Source: Ignavibacteria bacterium
GTDB taxonomy: Bacteria; Bacteroidota; Ignavibacteria; OLB7
Reading direction: 5' to 3'
Length of the DNA stretch: 64,000 nucleotides
Assembly (NCBI GenBank): GCA_020635205.1
Contig: JACKAE010000001.1
Span: forward strand, 128,042-192,041
The notes under the pieces were generated by a model. That model did not search any database. It was given only the letters and a program-made list of their open reading frames with translations, and was not told the DNA's origin. Below are positions 18,969 to 28,053 of this stretch, piece after piece. Position 1 is the stretch's first letter. Each line of letters starts with the position of its first letter. Both the position numbers and the translations under genes were made by a program.

Positions 18969-19679
18969 TCACCGAAGGTCGTCGTTCTGATCACCGCAGC
19001 CGCTCGTACACTCTTGCACGCTCACCTTATCAACGTAAGTGTAGCTCAGCGTGTGGCCATTCTCTCCTTTGTTGATGCCCCGAATAATTAGGCGGTCGAA
19101 GGCTTTGTTCGCGTCAACACTTCCACTCAACTCCTCCCAGTTCTGGCTGTTTGAAACGCGAGCGTCAACTACCTGAAGCTCTTCTCTGGTCTGCGAGTTG
19201 TAGAGAAGAATTTCTATGTCGGAAGGGTAACGGCGGACTGAGCCGGTTGAGAACCAAGCACTGACTCTGTATGTGCGTTCTTCACCCTCTGGTAACTGTG
19301 ATTGAAGTGTTCCCATCAACGACTCGTTCAGGTAGTTGCCGTAGTGGCGACCCTGCGAGATTCCGGCGTAGTTGTTTCCGTCGAGGGGGGTGCGATTTCC
19401 CATGAAGTTCTTGGGAATTTCCTGAGGCGAATCGTAGATGTCAGGGGAGTTCTGTTGTGGTGCTCCCGGTCCTTTTACCCACCCCTCAACACCGGTGAGT
19501 GCTCCACTGTGGCCGGGGTTGGGTGTTGTTCCAGTAATTGACTCAAAACTTGGGTTAACGAGAATTTCTGTGCAGTTGTTGTTGGAGTCGAGTGGATGAT
19601 CGTGGCAAGCCACTATGCTCATTGAGGCGAGGCAGGTAATTCCAATAAAAAGTGTCTGGATGTTTTGAAGAACTTTCAT
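18969..19679 (-). CDS. secreted hypothetical protein (possible carbohydrate-binding / lectin-like fold)
   Basis: Signal peptide (LFIGITCLASMSIVA), Cys pairs and many aromatic/Gly residues. It is the last gene of the minus-strand cluster 23506->18969. Confidence 0.4.
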   Translation of the reverse strand: MKVLQNIQTLFIGITCLASMSIVACHDHPLDSNNNCTEILVNPSFESITGTTPNPGHSGALTGVEGWVKGPGAPQQNSPDIYDSPQEIPKNFMGNRTPLDGNNYAGISQGRHYGNYLNESLMGTLQSQLPEGEERTYRVSAWFSTGSVRRYPSDIEILLYNSQTREELQVVDARVSNSQNWEELSGSVDANKAFDRLIIRGINKGENGHTLSYTYVDKVSVQECTSGCGDQNDDLR

Positions 19680-19836
19680 GTTCCCTCCGTTGGTTTGATT
19701 GGATTAGGTGTTTCCAAACACAATGATTAGGTGTAAAAGTAATAACACGATAGAACGACCAAAAGTCACAAGTGAGAGTGAGGAAGGGAAAGTCTGGTAG
19801 CTGTTGTCGACACATTCTGCTCACTCACACTACCGT

Positions 19837-20688
19837 TTACAGCTCCACCATAATATCGAGTTGTCCTATGAGATAATTTACGTTCCAGCCTTCATCGACG
19901 CCGGACAGGCCGAAGTCGAATGTAATGCCAGGTTGAACCTGAAGCAGATTGAAGAGAGCGAATTCATATCCAATACCACTCCTGATAGAGAAGCGAGAAG
20001 GGGTGGAAATATTCTTTTCGTCAGTAAAGACTATCGTTGTTCCGTTATCTTCAGTAGGGAGTCCTTTGGGATTGGTAAATGGGGCATTCGTTGGGGTTTC
20101 AAGGTGTTGTGCTAACCTGGATGAAGTTCTCGTCTCCCACCCATATCCTATACCTGCTCTTCCGTGGAGTGCTCCCGGTCCAATTTCCACAAATTTGAAA
20201 TCACCGAGCAGATCGACCATTGTATATGAATAGCTCCAATCTCCAGCTGTCGAGATCCGTTGCTCGAGAACAATAGGATTAGTTGGGTTGCTTGGATCGG
20301 GAAGTAAGGTGGTAGCGTCGAGAGATTCCCTTCCCGTTGACCTGTGTGCCGTAAACATAATGTCAGAGCGGATACTGAAGAGAGGGCTGAAGCGATAGAC
20401 TCCCACAATTCCAAAGGTATAGCCTCTGTTAGAGGATTCAGTAAGGATTGGACAGCCGGGATTTTCAATCAGACTGTGGTTTACTGTGCTTCCACTGTGA
20501 AAGTCGTTGGTTACTCCCCCGGTTAGGCCAATGTATAATGTGGGCAAAGGGCTTTCGAAGGAGATGTTTTCTATGGAATGTTCCTGAGCATTCGTGCTTG
20601 CCGGGAGAGTGAAGAGAACTAAGAGAATGGTCTCGACAAGAATGAGGCTCTTGATGGCTATGGTGTTTACGGTGACGATGATATTCAT
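19837..20688 (-). CDS. outer-membrane beta-barrel candidate, paralogue A
   Basis: Signal peptide. Shares motifs with the two upstream paralogues (IGLTGGVTNDFHSGS, GYTFGIVGVYRF, SRFSIRSGIGYEF, NYLIGQLDIMVEL). Shows an alternating hydrophobic beta-strand pattern. Confidence 0.5.
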   Translation of the reverse strand: MNIIVTVNTIAIKSLILVETILLVLFTLPASTNAQEHSIENISFESPLPTLYIGLTGGVTNDFHSGSTVNHSLIENPGCPILTESSNRGYTFGIVGVYRFSPLFSIRSDIMFTAHRSTGRESLDATTLLPDPSNPTNPIVLEQRISTAGDWSYSYTMVDLLGDFKFVEIGPGALHGRAGIGYGWETRTSSRLAQHLETPTNAPFTNPKGLPTEDNGTTIVFTDEKNISTPSRFSIRSGIGYEFALFNLLQVQPGITFDFGLSGVDEGWNVNYLIGQLDIMVEL

Positions 20689-20718
20689 CGGTAGTAATCT
20701 GAGAGTGTGTTATCGATA

Positions 20719-21582
20719 TTAGAGTTCTATGATCAGGTCAATCTGTCCAACTAAATAGTTCATTCTCCACCCATCCTGAACGTCTGTGAGACCAAAGTCG
20801 TAAACGATGTTGGGCTGGATGTGAAGTGGAGCGAGAAGAGAGAAGTCGTACCCGAGACCACTCCGAAGGGAGAAGCGTGAAGGTGCGGAAGGATTCTGAT
20901 TTTTTGAGATAATGAGAGATTTACCATCGTTTTTACTTGGTAGTTGATCTGGGTTAATAAATCGAGCGTTCTGAGGTTCTTCAAGGTTCTGATCAACTTC
21001 CCACTCCGTCAACGTTTGCCAGCCGTACGTGAGGCCAGCCATCGCGTGAAATTCTCCCGGTCCAAGTTTGATGAGAGTAAAGTCGCTGAGCAGACCGAGC
21101 ATTGTGTAGGAGTAGATCCACTCTGCTTCCATCGCAACGGTTTGATCGATGATGGTCGGGCTGCTGGGATCATCTGGATTTGGGAGGAGTACCTTTGCAT
21201 TTGGAAGTTCTTGCCTTCCGATTGACTGGTGTAGGGCAAACATGACATCGGAGCGAAGGGTAAGCCAAGAGTTAATTCTATATGCCCCAACAATCCCAAA
21301 CATATATCCTTTATTCTCTTTATCTGGCCACGCCGTGATAACTGGACAACCATCCTCATCTACGGTCCGGCTATCGTGTAAACGTCCGCTATGGATATCG
21401 TGCGTTACTCCACCTGTAATGCCAATCTGAAACCGAGAAGAAAGAGGTGCAGAACCGATTTCTTCAACGGGACTTTCTTGTGCGCACATTGATGTTACCA
21501 GACCAATAAAAGCAGGAAGTATGATCGCAAGGAATAATGATTTTTGCATGGTCGTTTCACAGATGCGTGCTTTCCTATCCAT
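20719..21582 (-). CDS. outer-membrane beta-barrel candidate, paralogue B
   Basis: IGITGGVTHDIHSGR, GYMFGIVGAYRIN, SRFSLRSGLGYDF, NYLVGQIDLIIEL. Roughly 45-50% identical to paralogue A by eye. Signal peptide LAIILPAFIGLVTSMCAQ. Confidence 0.5.
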   Translation of the reverse strand: MDRKARICETTMQKSLFLAIILPAFIGLVTSMCAQESPVEEIGSAPLSSRFQIGITGGVTHDIHSGRLHDSRTVDEDGCPVITAWPDKENKGYMFGIVGAYRINSWLTLRSDVMFALHQSIGRQELPNAKVLLPNPDDPSSPTIIDQTVAMEAEWIYSYTMLGLLSDFTLIKLGPGEFHAMAGLTYGWQTLTEWEVDQNLEEPQNARFINPDQLPSKNDGKSLIISKNQNPSAPSRFSLRSGLGYDFSLLAPLHIQPNIVYDFGLTDVQDGWRMNYLVGQIDLIIEL

Positions 21583-21630
21583 TTGTGTTGTAAAGACAAA
21601 GGTATTACTGGATTCCTGACAGCTCCAGAA

Positions 21631-22437
21631 CTATAAATCAAAAAAGAGCGTAAGGTTTGCTCCGAAAGTTGCGATTGTCCAATCTGAGTTTTGGACTATG
21701 GGTGACAGATCGGTTGCTGCGCTGATGCTGGGAGAAAGGGAGAGGCGCTCAGTAAGCCGAATGTCACCATATATAGCAGCCTCTATTCCAAGTCGAGATT
21801 GATTAAGATTCTCAATAGTTCCATTCTCCGAATATGTAGAGTCGTGCCACGGATAGGGAAAGCCAGGGAGATCAAAAGGGGTTGCGCCGTTGGGGCCAGG
21901 TTGCACGCGACGACTCTCACGGAGTTTGAGGGGAAACGTGAGCGAGGGGCCGAGACCTCCCCGGATGTTCCAACGGTTGGGGATACATATCAAGCCGAAT
22001 AGACTTACCTTCAACTCACTTCTCGTTAGTTCTCCAATAACTTCGTGATATTGGTCGACCACATGTTTGGGGTCTGGAAGGAGAACCTTTCCTGAGGGGA
22101 GTTCTGTTTCCCACGACGTTGTACCAGTAACGTAAAGTAGTTCAAGCTGTAGGGCGAAGAGCGTTGAAGGTTGTACTTCAAGGAGCATTCCACCAGCGTA
22201 GCTGTTCCCCTCACCAGTTTCATCAATAAAAACAGGTTGGCCGTTATCTGAGAATGGAAAGGGAAAGGCAAATCCGAAATGTTCCATTGCTCCGTACTCT
22301 CTCCTGATCTCTCCACCACCAGTGATGCCAACACGAAGCGAAGATCGTTCTACAAGGGGGGCTTGGGCTAGAAGTGAAGAGTATCCTATCAAGAAAAAGG
22401 ACAGGGTGCAGTATACAGCGGGATTGATGGAGAACAT
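21631..22437 (-). CDS. outer-membrane beta-barrel candidate, paralogue C (divergent)
   Basis: VGITGGGEIRREYG, VLLPDPKHVVDQ (cf. LLPDPSNP / LLPNPDDP in A and B), C-terminal ANLTLFFDL. Signal peptide FFLIGYSSLLAQA. Confidence 0.45.
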   Translation of the reverse strand: MFSINPAVYCTLSFFLIGYSSLLAQAPLVERSSLRVGITGGGEIRREYGAMEHFGFAFPFPFSDNGQPVFIDETGEGNSYAGGMLLEVQPSTLFALQLELLYVTGTTSWETELPSGKVLLPDPKHVVDQYHEVIGELTRSELKVSLFGLICIPNRWNIRGGLGPSLTFPLKLRESRRVQPGPNGATPFDLPGFPYPWHDSTYSENGTIENLNQSRLGIEAAIYGDIRLTERLSLSPSISAATDLSPIVQNSDWTIATFGANLTLFFDL

Positions 22438-22648
22438 CTGCTTTTCCTCAAGTTGTGGTGAAAATTGGATGAAGGGAAAGACTCTCTTCGGAAGTCTAAT
22501 GTCGCATCTGGGAGGGTAGAAGAGGACTTAAAAAGTATTTCGCATCAAGAGACCAAAAGCAGAAAAGTCTTCTCTTCGTCCTGCTCTTGGTCTCTTGTTC
22601 GTGAATCCTTCTCTGATCCATGCGAAGACCGTTTCTGTCAGATTCCAA

Positions 22649-23506
22649 TTACCGAACAGTTCGCACTACTCGGAATCCAACGTTGAAGTAGCGTGCTCCA
22701 CCCTCGCAACCGGTCTGCCAGACTTCCCCCACAAACGATGAGGAGCGAGCGAAGAATGGCTCATTTGCCCACGAACCACCCTTCACTGTATTTGCTTCCT
22801 GACACCACTCCCAGACATTTCCGTGCATGTCATAGATACCGAAGCTGTTTGGTTCTAACTGCCCTACCCGTTTTGTCTCTCCATTTGGAACACTCGGTCT
22901 GCGTGAGTTGGTGCAATACCAACCAGCCTTCTCTGCGTTTAGTTCGTGGGTTCCACAGGTTTTCCCATCGCCGATAAGGTCACCGGTATAGAAATCCGTT
23001 GTTGTTCCAGCGCGGCAGGCATATTCCCATTCGTTTACGTTCGGGAGACGGTAGCCGTTTGCATCGGGAAGAAGTTCTACTGAGCCGTTGTAGTAGCCTA
23101 CGTTGATATTTCCTTCGAGATAGTTGATTTGATATGCTGGTTGTAACCCTCGTAGCTCGCTCAGTCGGTTGCAGTAGACAACGGCATCGAACCAGGTGAC
23201 ATGTTCTACCGGACGAATCTTCCAGCCCGGATAGTTGGCTCCGGTAAACCAACTTGGGTTTACGCCGAGGAGTGCTTGGAATTCTTCCTGTGTAGTTTCA
23301 TAGAGACTTACTTCGAGCGAGTAATCAAGGCCAACAGTTCGTGTGTCGGATGAACCATCTTCTAAAGGTACTTCTATATATCCGGAGGGAACTGTCACGA
23401 AGGTTACTTTTGTTGCGGCTTCTTCCGGGGTGAGTGGCGAGTCGCTACATGAAGAGAGAAAGAATAGACCGAGGGCGCAAATCGTAGAAAATGTCGAGAG
23501 TTTCAT
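22649..23506 (-). CDS. FGE-sulfatase (SUMF1/GldK/GldJ-like) domain lipoprotein
   Basis: Lipobox FFLSSCSDS. Formylglycine-generating-enzyme fold motifs are present: YRLPNVNEWEYACRAG, HGNVWEWCQE and KGGSW...GFRVVR. Confidence 0.75.
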   Translation of the reverse strand: MKLSTFSTICALGLFFLSSCSDSPLTPEEAATKVTFVTVPSGYIEVPLEDGSSDTRTVGLDYSLEVSLYETTQEEFQALLGVNPSWFTGANYPGWKIRPVEHVTWFDAVVYCNRLSELRGLQPAYQINYLEGNINVGYYNGSVELLPDANGYRLPNVNEWEYACRAGTTTDFYTGDLIGDGKTCGTHELNAEKAGWYCTNSRRPSVPNGETKRVGQLEPNSFGIYDMHGNVWEWCQEANTVKGGSWANEPFFARSSSFVGEVWQTGCEGGARYFNVGFRVVRTVR

Positions 23507-23783
23507 AAGTCACTCCAAGGGTTTATAGATGAATGTGCCGTAGTAGCAGTTCAGAATCAGGTCTGCTGTCTTCCATTATTGGAGCACAGCTATCTAACCC
23601 ATCACCTTAGTTTCTGTTAGAAGGATTCTAAAAAAACTTCCGTATCCACTTTGGGCGATTGTCCTTATAACGAAAGACAACGTTCGGGCGTTATCCTGAC
23701 CTGCTTTACCGTGAAAGGCCACAAGAAGTATGCCGATTTTGATCCGAGTTGATTTGGTATCTTCACCACTCAAAAAAAAGTAG

Positions 23784-24206
23784 ATGATGAGTAGAGCTTA
23801 TATTCTCGGCGATCGAGCCGGCGCACTTGCTAACTATCCTCACGCCAGAAAGGCGAACGGATTCATTTACGTCTCGGGAGTCTCCTCTCGCCGTGCCGAT
23901 AACTCCCACGATGGAGTGAAAATTCACGAGGATGGAACCGTAGAGCGTGACATTCGTCAGCAGACGCGAGCTGTGATCGAAAATATCCGAGCTATCCTGA
24001 AGGCTGCTGATGCCGACCTCGAGCACTTGATCGACGTTACTGTCTTCCTCGTCGACATGGCCGACTACCCCGGCATGAACGCGGTCTACAACGAATACTT
24101 CAATGCACAGACCGGGCCGACGCGCACAACAGTTGCTGTGAAGCAGTTACCACATCCTAATCTGTTGATCGAGATTAAGGCGGTTGCAGTAGAGAAGGGT
24201 AGTTGA
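23784..24206 (+). CDS. RidA/YjgF-family enamine/imine deaminase
   Basis: 140 aa. FIYVSGVSS...TRAVIENIRAILKAADADLEHLIDVTVFLVDMADYPGMNAVYNEYF...RTTVAVKQLP is the classic RidA signature. Confidence 0.8.
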   Translation: MMSRAYILGDRAGALANYPHARKANGFIYVSGVSSRRADNSHDGVKIHEDGTVERDIRQQTRAVIENIRAILKAADADLEHLIDVTVFLVDMADYPGMNAVYNEYFNAQTGPTRTTVAVKQLPHPNLLIEIKAVAVEKGS

Positions 24207-24289
24207 GGATGGTAGATAAGAGAGTAGTAGAAGTAGTAGGAGGGGAAAAGGTTGCTGCAAAGTGAACGTGTTCGGTTTTCTACGTCCAA

Positions 24290-24346
24290 CCGTAAACTCT
24301 ACCTTCTCCTTTTTGAATTTTTCCTTTTGAATTTTGAATTGATTCC
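24290..24346 (+). promoter_or_regulatory. conserved TTTTGAATTTT-repeat leader shared with the 62994 gene
   Basis: cctttttgaatttttccttttgaattttgaattgattccATG. It is nearly identical to cctgttttgaattttgccttttgaatttttaattgatttttcATG at 62952-62993. It contains reiterated TTTG elements like Bacteroidota-type promoters. Confidence 0.4.
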
Positions 24347-25120
24347 ATGGCTTTTGTTCACGAACTTGCTGCGCGCCTTCAGACTGCACAAGCGAGTTGC
24401 ACGGCGTGCGATGCGCTAACGAGCGACTATCCTGACATCGCTGTTGAGGATGCCTATGCTGTGCAGAAGATCAACTTGGATCGACGCATTAGTGAAGGGG
24501 GACGACTTGTAGGGCGGAAGATCGGTCTGACAAGTTTTGCCGTGCAGGAGTGGCTCGGTGTCTCCGAACCAGATTTTGGTGGATTGCTCAACACGATGGC
24601 AGTGCCGAACGGAGGACTTGCACCGACAGATCAGTTGTTGCAACCTCGCGTTGAAGGTGAGCTTGCCTTTGTCCTCAAGAAGTCGCTGAGTGGCCCCGGC
24701 ATTACCGCTGCCGAAGTGATTGCCGCAACAGATTTTCTGCTTCCCGCAATCGAGATTATTGACTCCCGCATTAAAGAGTGGAAGTTCAAGATTCAAGACA
24801 CGATTGCGGACAACGCCTCGAGTGGTGCGTTTGTTGTTGGGTCGAAGCCAATGACGTTAAGCGAAATCAATACCTGCACAATTGGCCTGACACTTCGGAA
24901 GAATGGGGAGGTCGTCTCTACTGGAGCCGGGGCTGCCTGTCTCGGTGATCCTGTGAATGCTGTTGTCTGGTTAGTAAACAAGCTCGGCGAACTCGAGACA
25001 GAGGTTGAGGCCGGGCAGGTAATCCTTTCGGGGGCGCTGGGGCCAGTATCTCCCGTTGTTGCCGGGGATTATGTGACTGCGCAGATTGGGAGGATGGCGG
25101 AGGTTAGCGTGCGGTTTTGA
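24347..25120 (+). CDS. 2-keto-4-pentenoate (2-oxopent-4-enoate) hydratase, MhpD/TodJ/BphH family
   Basis: 257 aa. The GRKIGLTSFAVQEWLGV, EGELAFVLKK and GSKP...AVVWLVNKL blocks are typical of the MhpD/HpaH hydratase family. Confidence 0.8.
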   Translation: MAFVHELAARLQTAQASCTACDALTSDYPDIAVEDAYAVQKINLDRRISEGGRLVGRKIGLTSFAVQEWLGVSEPDFGGLLNTMAVPNGGLAPTDQLLQPRVEGELAFVLKKSLSGPGITAAEVIAATDFLLPAIEIIDSRIKEWKFKIQDTIADNASSGAFVVGSKPMTLSEINTCTIGLTLRKNGEVVSTGAGAACLGDPVNAVVWLVNKLGELETEVEAGQVILSGALGPVSPVVAGDYVTAQIGRMAEVSVRF

Positions 25121-25127
25121 CTTGAAT

Positions 25128-25177
25128 AGTGAAGGGAGGATCAAAGAGGTGACTAATCTGCTTTTCCTCCCTTCACT
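25128..25177. terminator. bidirectional stem-loop terminator candidate
   Basis: AGTGAAGGGAGGA - 24 nt loop - TCCTCCCTTCACT (13-bp perfect stem) followed by ATTCTTTCTTCC. It lies between the convergent hydratase (+) and coiled-coil (-) genes. Confidence 0.45.
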
Positions 25178-25189
25178 ATTCTTTCTTCC

Positions 25190-25489
25190 CTACTTAAAAA
25201 CGACCGCTTCGATTTTTGTAAGGCGCTCAAGTATTTGATCTTGATGTATCAGGCGATCTGCCAACCGCATAAATGACGTTCGCATCTCAGCGAGTGCAAG
25301 GTTGGTTTTTGCTTGTTGTCCTTCCAGACGTTCTACACGATGCTCTAAGCCTTCAAAGCGGTGGTCAAGACCCTCAAGTCGGTGGTCAAGACCCTCGAGT
25401 CGGTTGTCTACTCTGTCGAGGCGTTGGTTCACCCCTTTCATCTCAACGAGCATTTCTGAAAGCAATTCTACAACACGTCCATTTTCCAT
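25190..25489 (-). CDS. small coiled-coil protein, paralogue 1
   Basis: 99 aa: MENGRVVELLSEMLVEMKG ... RLEGLDHRLEGLDHRFEGLEHRVERLEGQQAKTNLALAEMRTSFMRLADRLIHQ. Heptad-like periodicity. Confidence 0.5.
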   Translation of the reverse strand: MENGRVVELLSEMLVEMKGVNQRLDRVDNRLEGLDHRLEGLDHRFEGLEHRVERLEGQQAKTNLALAEMRTSFMRLADRLIHQDQILERLTKIEAVVFK

Positions 25490-25537
25490 AGTTCTTGGTT
25501 GGGTTAATAGTGAGTGATAGGTTTTGATTCTTAGTCT

Positions 25538-25798
25538 CTACTTGCTGAAGACAACTTCTTCAAGTTTAGCAATTCTCTGTTCAAAATTACTCTGGTGGAT
25601 GAGTTGATCTGCTACGCGCATAAATGACGTTCGCATCTCAGCGAGTGCAAGGTTGGTTTTTGCTTGCTGTTCTTCCAGGCGTTCAACGCGGTGATCGAGG
25701 TTCTCAAAGCGCCTATTCGTCTCTTTTTGTTCTTCTTTCATTCCTCTCATCTCTATGAGCATATCCGAAAGAAGTTCAACAACACGTCCATTTTCCAT
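25538..25798 (-). CDS. small coiled-coil protein, paralogue 2
   Basis: Start taken at the internal Met (MENGRVVELLSDMLIEMRG), giving 86 aa about 65% identical to paralogue 1 (QQAKTNLALAEMRTSFMR conserved). The longer ORF to 25912 adds a non-conserved N-extension. Confidence 0.5.
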   Translation of the reverse strand: MENGRVVELLSDMLIEMRGMKEEQKETNRRFENLDHRVERLEEQQAKTNLALAEMRTSFMRVADQLIHQSNFEQRIAKLEEVVFSK

Positions 25799-25988
25799 AA
25801 TTCTCTTACTGTTTTGTGTGAAGGATGAATTGAAGCGGGTGGAAAGACGACAGCTCCGTATCTTTCGTGCAGTTGTTATTGCGAGAAGAATGTGTCGAGA
25901 GAAGAGGTGCAATTCTCCAGAGTCGGCACTCGCACAAATCGATATTTCTTAATCAGATAGCGAATATAGAAACTAAGGTCACACAGAA

Positions 25989-26897
25989 ATGAACTGTGCA
26001 ATTATCGGTTCCGGTAATATCGGAACAGACTTAATGATAAAAATGCTGCGGCTCTCCGAGACGCTCGATGTGAAGATGCTTGTCGGCATCGACCCTGAGT
26101 CGGACGGATTAGCTCGTGCTGGACGAATGGGAGTGGAGACGACGCACGAAGGAATTGACGGACTTGTGCAGAGTTCTCTCTTCGGCGATATCGATCTCGT
26201 CTTCGACGCCACGAGCGCGAAGGCTCACCTTCACCACGCCGAAGTGTTGCGCGAACATGGAAAGCGGGTGATTGACTTAACTCCGGCAGCCGTTGGTCCC
26301 TACGTTGTTCCGGTTGCAAACTTGATGGAGCATCTCGAAGCTCCGAACGTGAATATGGTAACGTGTGGTGGGCAGGCAACGATCCCGATTGTTTGGGCTG
26401 TCAGCCAGACTGCGCCGGTGATCTACGGTGAGATTGTTGCATCGATTGCCAGCAAATCTGCTGGGCCGGGGACGCGCGCTAACATCGATGAGTTTACGGA
26501 GACAACGTCGCGGGGGATTGAGCAGATTGGTGGAGCGCGGAAGGGGAAGGCCATTATTATCCTGAACCCGGCTGAACCACCACTAATTATGCGAGATACC
26601 GTTTACGCATTCTGTGAGGATGGGAACGAGAAAGAGATCACTGAGTCGATTCACGATACTGTTGCCCGCGTTGCTGAGTATGTTCCGGGCTATCGTCTGT
26701 TGAAAGATCCGATCTTCGACGAACAAAAAGTCTACATGCCAGACCTTGGCGAATTTCATGGACTAAAAGTCACCTGCCTGCTCGAAGTTGAGGGGGCTGG
26801 CCATTACTTACCGAAGTATGCGGGGAATTTGGACATCATGACCTCGGCAGCACTTCAGGTTGGCGAGGTGATGGCACGGCACGTTGTAGAGGGGTAG
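25989..26897 (+). CDS. acetaldehyde dehydrogenase (acetylating), MhpF/DmpF/BphJ family
   Basis: N-terminal Rossmann motif [13 protein letters not shown], catalytic Cys region [10 protein letters not shown], about 300 aa length typical of DmpF. Confidence 0.85.
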   Translation: MNCAIIGSGNIGTDLMIKMLRLSETLDVKMLVGIDPESDGLARAGRMGVETTHEGIDGLVQSSLFGDIDLVFDATSAKAHLHHAEVLREHGKRVIDLTPAAVGPYVVPVANLMEHLEAPNVNMVTCGGQATIPIVWAVSQTAPVIYGEIVASIASKSAGPGTRANIDEFTETTSRGIEQIGGARKGKAIIILNPAEPPLIMRDTVYAFCEDGNEKEITESIHDTVARVAEYVPGYRLLKDPIFDEQKVYMPDLGEFHGLKVTCLLEVEGAGHYLPKYAGNLDIMTSAALQVGEVMARHVVEG

Positions 26898-27027
26898 AAG
26901 CTGAAAGTGAATTTCTCCTCAAGCATCCGGTATCTCTCCTGCTAAGACATTCTCTCCTTCAAGTATGTTAGTGGTGTGAGTTCATTACGAACATTGCACT
27001 ACGTTAAGAATACTTGAGAGGTGTACC

Positions 27028-27933
27028 ATGAAAGGTCTACAGTTACTACTGCTCTGCTTGCTCTTGGCATTGCCAAAATTACTCTCCGCACAGGAGTTGC
27101 TGGAAAATTTTGAGGAGTGGACAGAACGAGACGGAACGGAGATGCCAGTTGGTTGGAACGGGATGCCCTTCGGTTCTGGTCGTGCAACTGATGCACACCA
27201 AGGAACATCTGCCGCATCTGTCTGGAATTGGTATGCTTATGCACTTGGAATTCTTGCCATCGGGGAAAAATCTCCACTCTGGTTCGACCTGAAGTATTCT
27301 GGAGTGCCGATTGACTTCATTCCATCGAAGCTAATTGGATATTACAAGTACCAGCCGGGAATGAATAAGGGGCGAGGTGAGAAGAGCGCAGACTCGGGAA
27401 TCGTCTACATCTTATTGAAGTCTTGGAATGAGGAAAAGGGAGATATCGACACAATCAGCTTCACGTCTCATCAGTTCCCAGAGAACAATGCGTGGGAACG
27501 CTTCGAAATAGATATTCCCATCTCAAACCCCTGGGTCATGCCCGACTCAATTGCCATTGTCTTCTATTCCAGCCATCCAGAGCGAACAGGTTTTTGCGGA
27601 CCAGATTCGATGAACTGTTGTTATCTCTCTGTGGATGACCTTGCGTTAGTGGCAACGTCTGGCGTTCCCTATTCTCTCAACCATCTTCTCGCTCCTGCAC
27701 GAGTAGTGCCGAATCCTGTTCTCCACTCTGCAACCATCGAGTTTGATGGGAAAGAAGGTGTATCCTATAACCTCCGCTTGTTTGATGCAACGGGGAGAGA
27801 GGTCTACAGTGCTGAGACGACAACACCGAGCTTCGAGGTTAGCCGAGTAGGACTACCTGCTGGTTCCTATCACTTTACTGTTACTGACGATAGAAATCTC
27901 TCGGTAACCCGGGGAGCCTTCACCGTAGAGTGA
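27028..27933 (+). CDS. secreted protein with T9SS C-terminal sorting domain
   Basis: Signal peptide LLLCLLLALPKLLSAQE. C-terminal about 80 aa (VVPNPVLHSATIEFDGKEGVSYNLRLFDATGREVY...GSYHFTVTD) matches the Por secretion tail. Confidence 0.7.
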   Translation: MKGLQLLLLCLLLALPKLLSAQELLENFEEWTERDGTEMPVGWNGMPFGSGRATDAHQGTSAASVWNWYAYALGILAIGEKSPLWFDLKYSGVPIDFIPSKLIGYYKYQPGMNKGRGEKSADSGIVYILLKSWNEEKGDIDTISFTSHQFPENNAWERFEIDIPISNPWVMPDSIAIVFYSSHPERTGFCGPDSMNCCYLSVDDLALVATSGVPYSLNHLLAPARVVPNPVLHSATIEFDGKEGVSYNLRLFDATGREVYSAETTTPSFEVSRVGLPAGSYHFTVTDDRNLSVTRGAFTVE

Positions 27934-28053
27934 TCGAGTTCCCAGTTTTTGCATCTCTTTAATCTCTGGATTGAGCAAGTTCTCGCCTGTTGCCACTGCG
28001 TTCAGGTGAGAACGTCCTCAACAGAATCAACTTCTCCAACTGAGTAAATTTCA

